A model generated the notes under the pieces. The model worked only from the letters and a program-made list of their open reading frames with translations. It was not told the origin of the DNA and did no database searches. A stretch of DNA of 63,233 nucleotides, counting the filler, from Licmophora abbreviata (Eukaryota): NCBI GenBank assembly GCA_900291995.1. It is 8 parts of 8 records of this genome, joined end to end, with 100 filler letters (N's around TTAATTAATTAA, not from the genome) between each part and the next. Parts side by side here need not be neighbours in the genome. Positions count along the whole stretch, not along the records: positions 6,404 to 14,402 come from OLMU01003128.1; positions 14,503 to 25,286 come from OLMU01003129.1; 6 more parts are not named here. One strand, given 5' to 3'. Each line of letters begins with the position of its first letter. The stretch's first letter is position 1. Both the position numbers and the translations under genes were made by a program. Of the stretch, positions 12,811 through 23,764 are shown piece after piece.

Positions 12811-14217
12811 CTACCAGACACTCCAGTTGATGAGTTGGTCGCCTACGGTGATTCGCAGAGCAATCAGGGGCAACCACAACAAGTACTTGTCGATACCTCG
12901 GCGCCGTAACTGGTAAAGAATCCACCCTCCAGCCATCATGACGGGGAAGTCGGGTGTTTTCATGTGCATCCAACTGCGCAAGCCTACGATATAAGGCATG
13001 CACAAGGTGATGGTATAGCCGACGTGATAGCCCTTGGCCGATAGTAGCCCTTTCCGGACCAATGTCATGAAGAGCGATGCCATTTGGATGGGGATCAAAA
13101 CGGCAAACGCCCAGCCCGGATTTCCAACAGCCAGACACGCTCCTGTTGCGAGAAACTGACAATAGGCGTAGAAGGACTTGAATTTCCTCTGCGTCTCGAC
13201 GCTGCAACCTTCCCAATACGGCATGGTGGCAGTCGTCGACTCATGATTGTCCACCCTCAGGCGCTTGGTCCCTTCGTCTGCCAAACGAATCGCCGCCAAG
13301 GTAGTTAAACAACTCCCAATTACTGCAACCCGTCTCCAAAGAGGGGTATTGCCCTTGTAATAGCCAAGCCATGCGAGGAACGTACACACAATCGACCTCA
13401 TTCCGAATGCGATATTGTGCACGCGATACTCTTGCCAAATCATGGGTTTTCCCACAATTCGCTCCTTTGGGACGGTATGGAAGATCAAGGAGGACATGGT
13501 CAGGAGGGCGTGTGGAATCAAACATAGGGCAGCAATCCCGCCAGCCCCCTTGCCGCCCCGCGTTCCGAATCCGGCCGAGACATCGCCAAAGTACATTTGG
13601 GTGAAACGAAAGGCAAAGTGGAGGAGTGAAAAGATTCCCATGGTCTTGTGGATCCCGATTGGATCTTCTTTGGTAAAGAGTTTCTGTACCCATCGTGGTC
13701 GGCCGTCAGAAGTAGCTGCAGACTCATCGCCGATTGTGATACTGCCGCCGTCGCCTAACGCCGTCGCCATCGCAGTACTCGAACTACTGGGCCTGTTCAC
13801 CACAAACTGACTAAGCATCTGATGTGCCATTTGAGAGTGTCCTGCCGCATGAAAGGCCTTGCTAGCGTCCTTTCCGTGGAACTTTTGCAGCAGTTTGGGT
13901 CCTCCTGGATGTGCCTTGGCCCACGCCGTCAGATCATACTCAACACCGTCAATCGTCATTATACAGGGAGTCTCAGCCTCCGCAACGCTGCTTGCGGTGC
14001 GATCCCAACGGTCTCGTTCAGAAGAAACATCATTTTTCTTCTGCAAATCATTGGCTTCAATGGAAATAGCCCTCAGAATGACATGTCCGACCGAGGCGGG
14101 GTCTTTCGAAAGTCTCGAGAAGGGCCTCTTGAGCGATCCCGCGACACGAGGCGTAAAGCACTCGACCTCTCCTACCAGAAGCAGAGCTGCCAGTACACTC
14201 AAACAAGGGAGAGCCAT
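12811..14217 (-). CDS. Plastid-targeted cytochrome b5 domain + uncharacterised multipass membrane domain
   Basis: Signal peptide ending VEC-FTP; b5 heme motif YDLTAWAKAHPGG...DASKAFHAAGHS; several hydrophobic segments; homologous to 58737-59699. Confidence 0.85.
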   Translation of the reverse strand: MALPCLSVLAALLLVGEVECFTPRVAGSLKRPFSRLSKDPASVGHVILRAISIEANDLQKKNDVSSERDRWDRTASSVAEAETPCIMTIDGVEYDLTAWAKAHPGGPKLLQKFHGKDASKAFHAAGHSQMAHQMLSQFVVNRPSSSSTAMATALGDGGSITIGDESAATSDGRPRWVQKLFTKEDPIGIHKTMGIFSLLHFAFRFTQMYFGDVSAGFGTRGGKGAGGIAALCLIPHALLTMSSLIFHTVPKERIVGKPMIWQEYRVHNIAFGMRSIVCTFLAWLGYYKGNTPLWRRVAVIGSCLTTLAAIRLADEGTKRLRVDNHESTTATMPYWEGCSVETQRKFKSFYAYCQFLATGACLAVGNPGWAFAVLIPIQMASLFMTLVRKGLLSAKGYHVGYTITLCMPYIVGLRSWMHMKTPDFPVMMAGGWILYQLRRRGIDKYLLWLPLIALRITVGDQLINWSVW

Positions 14218-14402
14218 GATTCAACGTCCGGTCTATGCAACGCTCGAGTATGTGTCAATACAAGGGGGGTTCTCATCTTGCAGCACGCAAGAAGTTTGAA
14301 GTTTTTGATAACACACGACAAAATGTGAGGGCGATTAGAATCCTTCTCCAGATGGCATGGAGTTCCACGGGTTCGTGCATGACGTCATGTACACAGTACT
14401 TC

Positions 14403-14502
14403 NNNNNNNNNNNNNNNNNNNNNNNNNNNNNNNNNNNNNNNNNNNNTTAATTAATTAANNNNNNNNNNNNNNNNNNNNNNNNNNNNNNNNNNNNNNNNNN
14501 NN
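14403..14502. other. Artificial scaffold gap linker
   Basis: N44-TTAATTAATTAA-N44. Confidence 0.97.
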
Positions 14503-14634
14503 ACTCCTATGATACGCGCTTCTTGGCCGGTGCTAACAAAGACGATCATCTAACGACTACAGACACGGGTAGATCTACCGTTCCATCACACTGAACAACG
14601 ACTTTGAGTTGCACTACCCTTCCTTAGTTATTTC

Positions 14635-17600
14635 CTATCTATACGGCCCTCCGCTGCTCGGAAATGCCGGACTTGAATTGCTGTTGGTAAGAATGGCTCG
14701 TTTGAGCGTCAACATGAAATTGTCTTGACTCTTTACCCGCCGCTGTCGCGTCTTGGTTTCGATCCGTCGACTAAACTCGCGCATCAGAGTGTCGTTTATG
14801 CTGCGATCAATGATTTCTCGCTCCATGGCCCATTCCAGTAGCTTGGAGAACTCCGTTTCGACGCCGCCGCTCTCGTCGGCCGACCGGTGCAGCATGACCG
14901 CTTGTTCCTTCTTTCGCTTCACGTGAAGTGTACTGACGGTTTGACGCCAGGGTTCTCCGTCAATCTGAACGGCAGTCTTCTTGCGGACTATAATGGTAGC
15001 TTCCTTGCATTGGCAAAGCTTCTGGGCGTTGCTGAGGCCAACTCGGATTTGGCCGAGATGAAAGGTCCCACGAATCGAGACAATGTCCAACATGCCGTCT
15101 TGGCAGCTGCTGGGCAAGTCGCAGGCTGTGACACGAACCAGTTTTTCCTCTTCCGAAAAGGACTTTTCGAAGCCCAACAGGTCGTCGATGCTGTCCGCTC
15201 GGTCAAAGTTGAAGGACTTGGAGAGACTGCTGTTGTGAACCGAACTGCAACGATTGAAACGAAGAGAGATGAGTTGATCACACTAACGGGTCATTCGCCA
15301 CATGGTTGAATCAGGGTGGACAAACTTACTCTAAGCTAAGGGTTCTCCGAAGTTGCATGTCCTGAAGATCAGATGTATTTTTCCGTGAGTCATAGACCGA
15401 ACCAGCTTTTGTGCCATGGGACCACATGGGGACCCCGCCAGCGTAGGAGTCGATATTGAGCAAAATGATCCCCTGTGAGTCCGCAGGGAGAGGCACCTCA
15501 ACCCCGTCTGCAATGAGCGTGATTTCATGTGGAAGATTGGCATGAGATGCCTTGATGGCATCTTCGGCACCAAAAATTGCGTACCAAGCCTTGTTGACGG
15601 CTCGCGAGAAGAAGAGTTTCGGAGTGCTTTCGCGGAGCTGTACAGGCAAACGAGTCGAGAGCAGATCAAGAAGGTCGTCAGCAACGCGCAGTATCAAGCA
15701 TTGTGAACCACGGCCAACAGCACATATCCTCCTACCATGTGAACCTGCAGCGCCGCTTGCGCATCGACACCAACGCCCAAGTAGTTAATGAACGATTTGA
15801 CTTCCTTGATTTTGCCCTTTCTGTTTTCAACCGTCATCTCCCATCTATCGAGCATCGAAATGTACGATTCGGCAACTTGCTCGAGAATAGCAATCAGCGA
15901 TTCGTTGTTATATCCGCCGCCCCATCCATGAATGCGCGCCAGATCATTTCCAGTCCCCAGAGGCAGAATCGCGATCGGCGGCCAGCGCTCCATTGCCATC
16001 TTCTGTAGAGCGCTTATTATCCAGCTCACGGTACCGTCCCCACCGCACACGAGTATTCGCAGTCGACTCATGACGGAAAACGATTCCAATACCTTCTCAG
16101 GACCACCGTCCGCCAGGTCCCAAACCTGAATAGGATTTAGTAAACGACGCAGCTGTGTTATGAGAAGCTGCCCTGTTGAGGGCCTGACCTAGAATTCACA
16201 AACACCAACAAAGGTGTCTGGCTGCTTCGGAGGAAATCATCCCCGACAATGTACCCATTTCGATCGGGGACGGGGATATCTAATGTCATCCGCTTCAGCG
16301 ACGCTCTCGAATGAGCCGCATCAAAGTATGACATCAAGTCGGTCGAATCTCGTCGATCCCGACTCGGCAAGTCTTCGCCCTTTATCATCGGGAGGCTGTG
16401 CTCGTCGAATGGCACTTGAAGTGGGGGCGGAGGAGTGACAGGAGCTTGATATAGGTCTAGTGCTGTTTTTGGTGCCAGTGTAGGTTTGCCGGTTGCGGTC
16501 GAGTCTCGGTAGCTCTGTGGTCGTGAGAGTACGAGAGATCAGACATTGCAGCTCGGAGGCTTCACAGTCACTTTCCGTTAGAACATACCTGCAGGGCGTC
16601 TTTTCGTTTGCCTCTTGACTTCAACGTTGGAAGTTTTGGCGGCGTAGCGCCCGGAGTACTGTCACTGACATCACTCTCGCTCGTTTCGTCGTCACCTACA
16701 AGTGACACACACGATGAAATGCTGGCGCTTAGATCGCTATCCGACAATGCTCTATCCTTCATTTTCTCATCTCCCACCATAGGTGAGTTGGGGGTAAGTT
16801 CCAGATGGCCATCTTGCGTAGTATTGCCCATTGCTTCTTGCACGGTCGACCCCGTCGGCGATTTAATGGGCGATATAGCGTTTCCTACTCGCGCCGTTGC
16901 AATACTGCTGGCATGCGTCGCCAGACTGACATCGTCATCCTCCTCTTCCTCTTGCCCATTCCGCCTCTCCTGTCGCAAGCGAATAAGCGTGCGCAACCAG
17001 TGAATCAGCCACCACACTGCACTGGCATAGTCATAGGAGAGCAAACTCCGCAAAAAGTAGCCAACCTGCCGTGCATACGATTGAAGTCGATGCAGCGGAT
17101 GATCCTCGTCGACTTTTGACTTTTCCGTCGTGCGCTGCTCTGCTTTCTTCTTTTCCGGTTGCTTCTTCTTCTTCTTCTTCGGTCGATCGACAAGTTTGCA
17201 GGCGGGCGGCAGTACCAACCGGCGATAGGGCGACTCCCGAATGGCCGGCCACAATTGCGCAAACAAGTCCTCGGCGGACTCTTCTCTCGCGTCGTCTTCA
17301 TTGAAGGAGGGAAAATTCAAGAAGCCAAGCGGAAGAGATGCCGCAGTGCTATTCAGATAAGGAGAACTTGGAGCCGAGCATGCATTACGTAGGCGTGGCA
17401 GGTCGCCGAGCGTATCGTCATCCTCGTCATCTCGTCCACGGCTGCTGTCTTGTCGAAAGACCGATTCGGCGGGGGGAGGAAGAGAATTGGCAGCAGCGTC
17501 AGGAGTGAGAACACCAGTACTATGATTGCTGTTCGGATGGATCTCTTGATCCTCCAAGGGGCGTTCGGCTGGTGTATTGGTCGATTGACGATACCGTCTC

Positions 17601-17878
17601 CATCGTCGTCTTAGAGACGCGCGCACGGACCCCCGCGGCTCAAACAAAAAGAAAAAGACTACAAACAAAACCAGAGTCACAATGATCTTTTCCGAATCCA
17701 GGTCTTCCAAGAAAGAAACTGGCGGCGGCGGTTCTAGTTTGAGAACACAGGTTTCATTCGCGATTCCATCCTCCTTCAGGGAAGATACACACGAGGCTGC
17801 AACGTCTGCGGAAGATGCCTCGTCTTCAGCATGGTTTCTCCGCCGTTTGTTTCCTGTCATTCTGAACCAGGGAAGCAT
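14635..17878 (-). CDS. Diacylglycerol kinase with N-terminal TM segment; one apparent frameshift
   Basis: PLLVFVNSRSG, CGGDGTV, LPLGTGNDLAR, NYLGVGVDA, QIDGEPW; introns 16515-16588, 15638-15735, 15245-15329; frame break at ~16172. Confidence 0.9.
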
Positions 17879-18265
17879 TGCAGAAAACTCTATGGCCTCA
17901 TATCGACGAGCGGTGGGCGGTTCGGGTGGTGAAGCTGTTTCAAAATACGAATGGTGGCGGCGTCAACACACTCTCATTGTCACGAGACGCCAGAATTCGG
18001 GAGCTTTGCCTTCGGGGTATCCGAACGCCGATACTCTTGTACCTGAATGATCATACGGACAGGATGACTGACCGACTACGCGAAAAGGACGACGCGAACT
18101 CAACACATCAAATTGAAAATCCACGAACCATCACAAAAAGCAAAGGCGACATCAACGACAACACCCTGATGGAGGACGGAACCATTGCTCGGTTGACCAT
18201 TGATTCACTGCCCTCCCCTTCTCTGTAACTCGCGATTCTAGTTTTTAAAATTTGAACCAGAAATC

Positions 18266-18958
18266 ATGGACCCTGCTGAATGTTCTGGCCATTCGCACGA
18301 TCACGAGCACGCGGACGAGCTCGGACTGTCCCTCCGTCCATGCATGGATTTGGATCGGGTTGTATGCTTCAACGAAGAGATTGCCGGCAGCGGAAAGCTG
18401 ATACTCAAGATTCATGAAGAACGACTCACTACCGAACCCTCGCTACTCTCGCCCGACGACGACGCCGAACTCCTACTTCATGTGCCCTTTACGGAATCCG
18501 TCACGATCCAGAGTCTGTCGGTACGCAGTGTCACTTCGACTCGGACGAGCCCACCCAGATTCATCAAGCTTTATACCAATCGGGACGATCTAGACTTCGA
18601 AACGGTTCGAGAACTCCCACCCCAATGCAAACTCGAACTCTTGCCGCCTCATCATCTTGCGGAGGCTGGATCGATCGACTATCCCTTGCGACCGGCAGGG
18701 CGCTTTCAAGGCATTTCCAGCTTGACCATTTACTTTGAAACCAATTACTCGTGCCCTACTACTGACGAAGATTCCGAGGAAGAGGTCGTGCTGCCGACGG
18801 AAATAACATTTGTGGGAATGAAGGGAAAGGGCACCAAGGTAAAGCGTCGTGCCGTAGAAGCTGTCTATGAAACACAAGGCATGTCCAAAGATCATCAAGT
18901 TCCGGGAAACGAGTACAAGTCGGGAAGCTTTATCGGTGACCCAAGTGAAAGTATGTAA
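18266..18958 (+). CDS. PITH domain-containing protein (PITHD1-like)
   Basis: HSHDH N-terminus, DDAELLLHVPFTESV, IKLYTNRDDLDF, EITFVGMKG, VEAVYE. Confidence 0.88.
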   Translation: MDPAECSGHSHDHEHADELGLSLRPCMDLDRVVCFNEEIAGSGKLILKIHEERLTTEPSLLSPDDDAELLLHVPFTESVTIQSLSVRSVTSTRTSPPRFIKLYTNRDDLDFETVRELPPQCKLELLPPHHLAEAGSIDYPLRPAGRFQGISSLTIYFETNYSCPTTDEDSEEEVVLPTEITFVGMKGKGTKVKRRAVEAVYETQGMSKDHQVPGNEYKSGSFIGDPSESM

Positions 18959-19002
18959 CGATTACAAAGCGTCTATCTTGAAAATAGTCATACTGGTTAT
19001 TG

Positions 19003-19872
19003 CTACTGCGTCACCACACATGTCGTCGATAGGTCTCCAGGCACGGGAAATCGAGAATAGAAGTAGATTGCAGGCTCGTCTGGATCATGTGCCACATAGT
19101 CACAACAACACCCTTTTCCGTTTTGTCTTGTGGCGTTCGGATATAGCTCTGCAAGCTTTTGGTCGACGAGCGTCCCTTCTTCTAAAAGCTGCACGTTTCC
19201 AGAACGATCGTTCGCTCTGACGGCATTGTAGGCATCAAAAAGAGTCTTCGTTCCCATCCATCCTTTAAGTTTGTACGTGCCCTCATAATAAGAAAGCATG
19301 AAACTAAACGCTTCCTTCAGAATCCGATTTCCGGGACTACTGGCCAAGAAGGCTTGAAAGAACGATTCCGGTCCACCGCTACTCTCCGGTGAGTGAACTG
19401 TGGAAAACACAGTGTCATACCGCAGATTGATCGGTTTCACAACCAGCAAGTCAATGTCAAAATAGTAGCCACCCTCCAAGAACAAAATAGCAACACGACA
19501 GATGTCACTCTTATACATGCCTATAGTTTCATTGTCAAAGTGAGGTACCAACGGAGGATAGGCTTTCTGAATTGCCTCTTGGCAGTCTCGATCCGTCATG
19601 TATCTAGCGGGGGCCGAAGGGTCCCTCCAAAATCCTCGGTAGGTGTCAATTGTATTCTGTACATTGTCTTGGTAGACTTTTGGTGTCTCGTCAAAGGTGA
19701 TGTGATACATAAAGAAGAGCTTGTGGGGGATGGCTGGTGTTGGATCGGTTTCCTTAGTGGCGGTACCACGAAGCAGTCTAGAAGCCGGTAGATACGTACG
19801 AAAGCTCACAGTCATCACGCTGAGAAGCAAAGACAGAAGAGACGCAGTTTTACTTCTACCAGAGTGCCTCAT
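19003..19872 (-). CDS. GT32 (Och1-like, DxD) glycosyltransferase, signal-anchored
   Basis: IPHKLFF, MTDRDC, KSDICRVAILFLEGGYYFDID. Confidence 0.85.
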   Translation of the reverse strand: MRHSGRSKTASLLSLLLSVMTVSFRTYLPASRLLRGTATKETDPTPAIPHKLFFMYHITFDETPKVYQDNVQNTIDTYRGFWRDPSAPARYMTDRDCQEAIQKAYPPLVPHFDNETIGMYKSDICRVAILFLEGGYYFDIDLLVVKPINLRYDTVFSTVHSPESSGGPESFFQAFLASSPGNRILKEAFSFMLSYYEGTYKLKGWMGTKTLFDAYNAVRANDRSGNVQLLEEGTLVDQKLAELYPNATRQNGKGCCCDYVAHDPDEPAIYFYSRFPVPGDLSTTCVVTQ

Positions 19873-20536
19873 GTTGGAAAGGGTCGTGTATTATGTTCGC
19901 ATCCACCATGACTTGCACATGAGAGAGAGTCGAGAAACGCGGTGTGAATCAAATCAATTGCCTTTTTGCGTGATGGGTGATGGTTTCATTCGCGATTTGG
20001 TGGGCATCCGAATTCTAGATGTCCCGTTGGGCCTCTTTAAATATCATTTTACCTCGTCGCCAAAGATCTAAATGCGAGACCTGTCATGCCTAACAAATGA
20101 TAATATGATATAAGAAAATTTATATGTTAATTTCTTCCGAAAATATCAAAATCTCTATCTCCAACCAAGTGGGCGATAGGCTGCACAAATCTATCTAAGT
20201 AAACGCATTTCCTAACTCAACCGCTAGGAAGTGATTTGTAACGCGACACGCACACACTTTCGAGAACCCACAAACGCGTTCACACACAGCCGCAGCCAAC
20301 CGCTGGAGACCTCTCCTGTCCGGCGATCGACTCCCACTTGAGAGCCGTGTTACCATTGCATTTGCTTCCTCATTTCGTTGGATCAAGGTACGATTCGCTG
20401 TAGTCTAGAGTCCAGTTTTTGTGTTGAAGAGAGTGTGTTGGCATGGAATTTTGGTAATTTTGTCCCACGGGTCTCGCTCTCTCAACTCCCACGGGATCGC
20501 CGTCTCATGTATTTTTCGTTTCTCCGACTCGTTAGA

Positions 20537-20857
20537 ATGAGAAAGAACGGCGCATTTCCGATTGCGCCCCGACCGGAGGGCGCCTTTCCTACGATGAATG
20601 AAAGGCAAGAGTCGAGTAGTAGGAGAGGACCTCGGGCCCGAGCCATGGCCCTGGCGAAACGATTGCAGCTCGTCAAATCGTCTTCGTGCGAAAAGAAGCC
20701 CATTCACCCCGCCGCTCTAGCGTACGGTACCAAACAAGATGCGAGCACAAGGAAATGGAACGTCATTCAGCTTGATGACGACCTACCGCTGTTGGACAAT
20801 GGAGAGATCTCATGTGAAGATACTTGGGACTTTAGTATCGCTACAGCGGACGACTAA
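20537..20857 (+). CDS. Hypothetical small protein
   Basis: Open frame in otherwise intergenic space, divergent from the GT gene; no recognised motif; start uncertain. Confidence 0.3.
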   Translation: MRKNGAFPIAPRPEGAFPTMNERQESSSRRGPRARAMALAKRLQLVKSSSCEKKPIHPAALAYGTKQDASTRKWNVIQLDDDLPLLDNGEISCEDTWDFSIATADD

Positions 20858-21162
20858 GTGATATATCGTTCTGTTCTGTTGGAAAATAAGGTGGTGTTAG
20901 AAAATAAGTATGGTGTCGTTGGAGCGCCATGCGACAAGCTTTGTGAAAACCATATTCGGTGACCGTTTACAGAGTGGGCCGTGTTTCTGCATAACAAGGT
21001 ATTCATACAGTCAAGCACCTTGGAAACTGAACTTTCGTTTAAATTAGACAGAAATTCAACCAACACAAACAGGCAAAATATAGAAGACATGGCAAGTCCA
21101 TGGAAGCCTTCAAAACATCCTCTCTCTCTCGCCCTCTTGTCGAGACCGCGTCTCTGCACAAG

Positions 21163-23152
21163 CTACTCAGCAATTGACGTACGAATAACAGTCATCTTCC
21201 TCGATGCATTCGCACTCTTGCGACTGATAAGCTTGGACACCTTGATGGCTGTCATGGATCGAACATCTTCGTCGTCCACTGCAACCAACTTGTCACCAAC
21301 TTGAAGCTTGTCTGCGATGATGGATGAGTCCTTGATGGCGTGTACTACTGGAGCGCCATCGTCGGGAGTGTCAATCACAACCCCAAGCTTGCCCGCGGGG
21401 GCGTATACTTCGATGACTTCTTCGCGAACGCTCGTGTTGCCGGCGTACTGGGCATCGTAGGAGCCTTCGTCATAACTTGTGCCGAGGGCGGCACCAGCGG
21501 CGTTCAGCTCATCCGAGGCCGTACCATGCGTCTGAGATCCGAACGTACCACCGGCCGACGATACTGATGTGTCGGCTCCACCACCGTATGCTTTGGAGTA
21601 GTCATAGTCCACCGTAGCCACACTAACAATCGTTTAGGGGAGTCGGGGGTGAGAGAGACGCTTCGAACAGAACCGTAGTCCGCAGCAAAAATGATCGACA
21701 AAAGACTTACCTCTGATCTCCATATCCAGCCAGCGACTCTTGTCCCTTGGTACCGACGTCAAGTGCGCTTATTTCGTCTGCTCCACCGAGCTGTAGTTGA
21801 GCGGGAGGGGAGTCGTCGATTTCTTTGGAATAGCCACTTGAGCCTCCCTTGTGCCGATTCATCGCCCAATAGCCACCTCCTACCAGCAAGACGAGACCCG
21901 CCGCACCACCAATAGCAATACCAATTATGGCTCCAGTCGACAAGCCACTGCTGCCTCCACCATCGCCACCATCTGGGTTTTCCAACGAAGAGACTGACTC
22001 CAAGTCGGTAAAATCAGGATGCCCCGTAGCTTTCAGGGCCTGTACATATGCATCCTGCAACATTGATGTTCCAAAGGGGAGCTGCAGAATCTCATCCGAG
22101 CTTAGGAGCGAATCCTCGTCGCGGTACGAGAGAGCTTGGTCGAAAACCACAGTTAATTGCGGTGTCTCTTGCAATCTTCGACCACGACGGCGAGCCGGTG
22201 ACTCTTGTCGATCATATACGTAGGCTGTCATCACGTCAGCAACGCCCAGGTCAGGATTGTCTTCGTAGGTTTCCATGAAGTAGTCTGCGGACGTACGCTG
22301 CCAAACCAGTATTGCTGCATCTGACATGGACTGCATGCCTGTGAACGTAAATGCCAGACCAGAATAGGTCTCATTTGTCAAGGAAGCAGATGGCGATGAG
22401 CTGGGAGCCATGGTGGGACTAGGAGTCGTTTTACTGGACGGCATGATAGATGGAAATGTACTAGGTGGTGCCGTTCCAGTCACACTCGGCGCCATGGATG
22501 GGCTCATTGTCGGTTCTCTTGTCGGATCAAGCGATGGGTTTGTGGTCGGAAGGGGGAATGCAGTGATTGGCATGGTTGATGGGGCCATTGTAGGCGGGAC
22601 AGTGACAGGAGCCAGAGTCGTCCCTAAGGTTGTCGGCGGCGCAGTCAATGGAGTCGTCGGCGCGAGAGTGTCGGGCATCACAGGCATCAGCGTAGGAGCA
22701 GGGGTCCCGGCTGCCACAGGTGCGTCTGTTGGAGCTGGCGTAACTGGCGCCTGAGTTGCAACAGGTGCGGGAGTAGCAGGGACGGTCGGTGCTGGCGTTG
22801 CGATAGGAGCAGGAGAGTCAACCGGTGCTGGCGTTGCGATGGGAGCAGGAGTCGCAACCGGGGCGGGCGTTGCGACAGGAGGAGGAGAGTCAACCGGTGC
22901 TGGCGTCGCGATAGGAGCAGGAGTCGCAACCGGGGCGGGCGTTGCTACAGGTGGAGTCGTTGGAACGAGCGGTGATGGAGTGGGCATCAAGGTAGGTGAA
23001 GGCGTGGGGCCTGGGGTAATGCCGACGACCGGAGGATCCGTCACGAACATCATCGGTGCCGCTGTTGGCTGGGCCTGAACTCCATTCCCGACCGCGAAAA
23101 GAAGCAAAACTCCCGCCACCCCACCCCGAAGCAGTAAGTTGGCAATATGCAT
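21163..23152 (-). CDS. Type-I membrane protein: signal peptide, P/T/A-rich repeats, RxL-containing SEA-like ectodomain, TM, cytosolic PDZ domain
   Basis: Signal ending GVQA-Q; ATPAP repeats; RRRGRRLQE; TM AIIGIAIGGAAGLVLLVGGGYW; intron 21623-21710; PDZ APAGKLGVVID...LQVGDKLVAVD. Confidence 0.88.
22790..22955 (-). repeat. Coding tandem repeat (~72-nt unit made of 18-nt subunits) encoding (V/I)ATPAP/VDSPAP
   Basis: gtcaaccggtgctggcgt..gcgat.ggagcaggagtcgcaaccggggcgggcgttgc occurs twice, plus a partial copy. Confidence 0.85.
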
Positions 23153-23764
23153 GGTAATGAACAGGATGACTCCTCGTGTGGATCTCCGATGGGGTGCACA
23201 CTCACTCAGTTAGGCAGTCGTGCGTGTGAGTCCTAGATTCTTCGTTTTGTGACTTTGCCCTTGTTTTCTGCAAGCTCCAGTTTCTGACTGCGGCAAGCAC
23301 AATTTCAGATCAATGTCGGGATTACGAAGGAGAACAGCGGTGTGAGTACTGTGGGGTTTCGCGAGGTGCCTTTTGTTTTACAGCGTTGGATCTTTGCTAC
23401 CATTGTGGCAAGGAGCACTGATGGGGTCATTTGGCATGCGTTGCACGACCGTTGAGATCGGATCATTCAAGTTCTTAAGCATTGAAGGTTTGCGAATGAT
23501 TCTTCGGAGTGTCAATCACGACTCATGGACTCATCTCATTCCCGGCAAATTTTTCCGAATTTTGTGTGGTGGGTCGAGGTCCAGAATATGTTAGAAGTTG
23601 AGTGACTCGACTCGAGTCGTTCTAGTAAACTACGAGTAGTTGTCGTATGATAGTCACGGTCGTATTTCGCTGCGGCGATTAGAATTGCTAGGCCAGCCAC
23701 GTGTTGTCGTACAAGGTAGCTAGCTGCTACTATTGAGTCTCATTCACATTCATCGTCTTGCCGC

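Noticed and set aside
12811..14217. Calling the b5 fusion a front-end fatty-acid desaturase
   Set aside because: Lacks the three His boxes (HxxxH, HxxHH, QxxHH).
22790..22955. Direct repeats as a CRISPR array
   Set aside because: In-frame coding repeats with no unique spacers; eukaryotic context, no cas genes.
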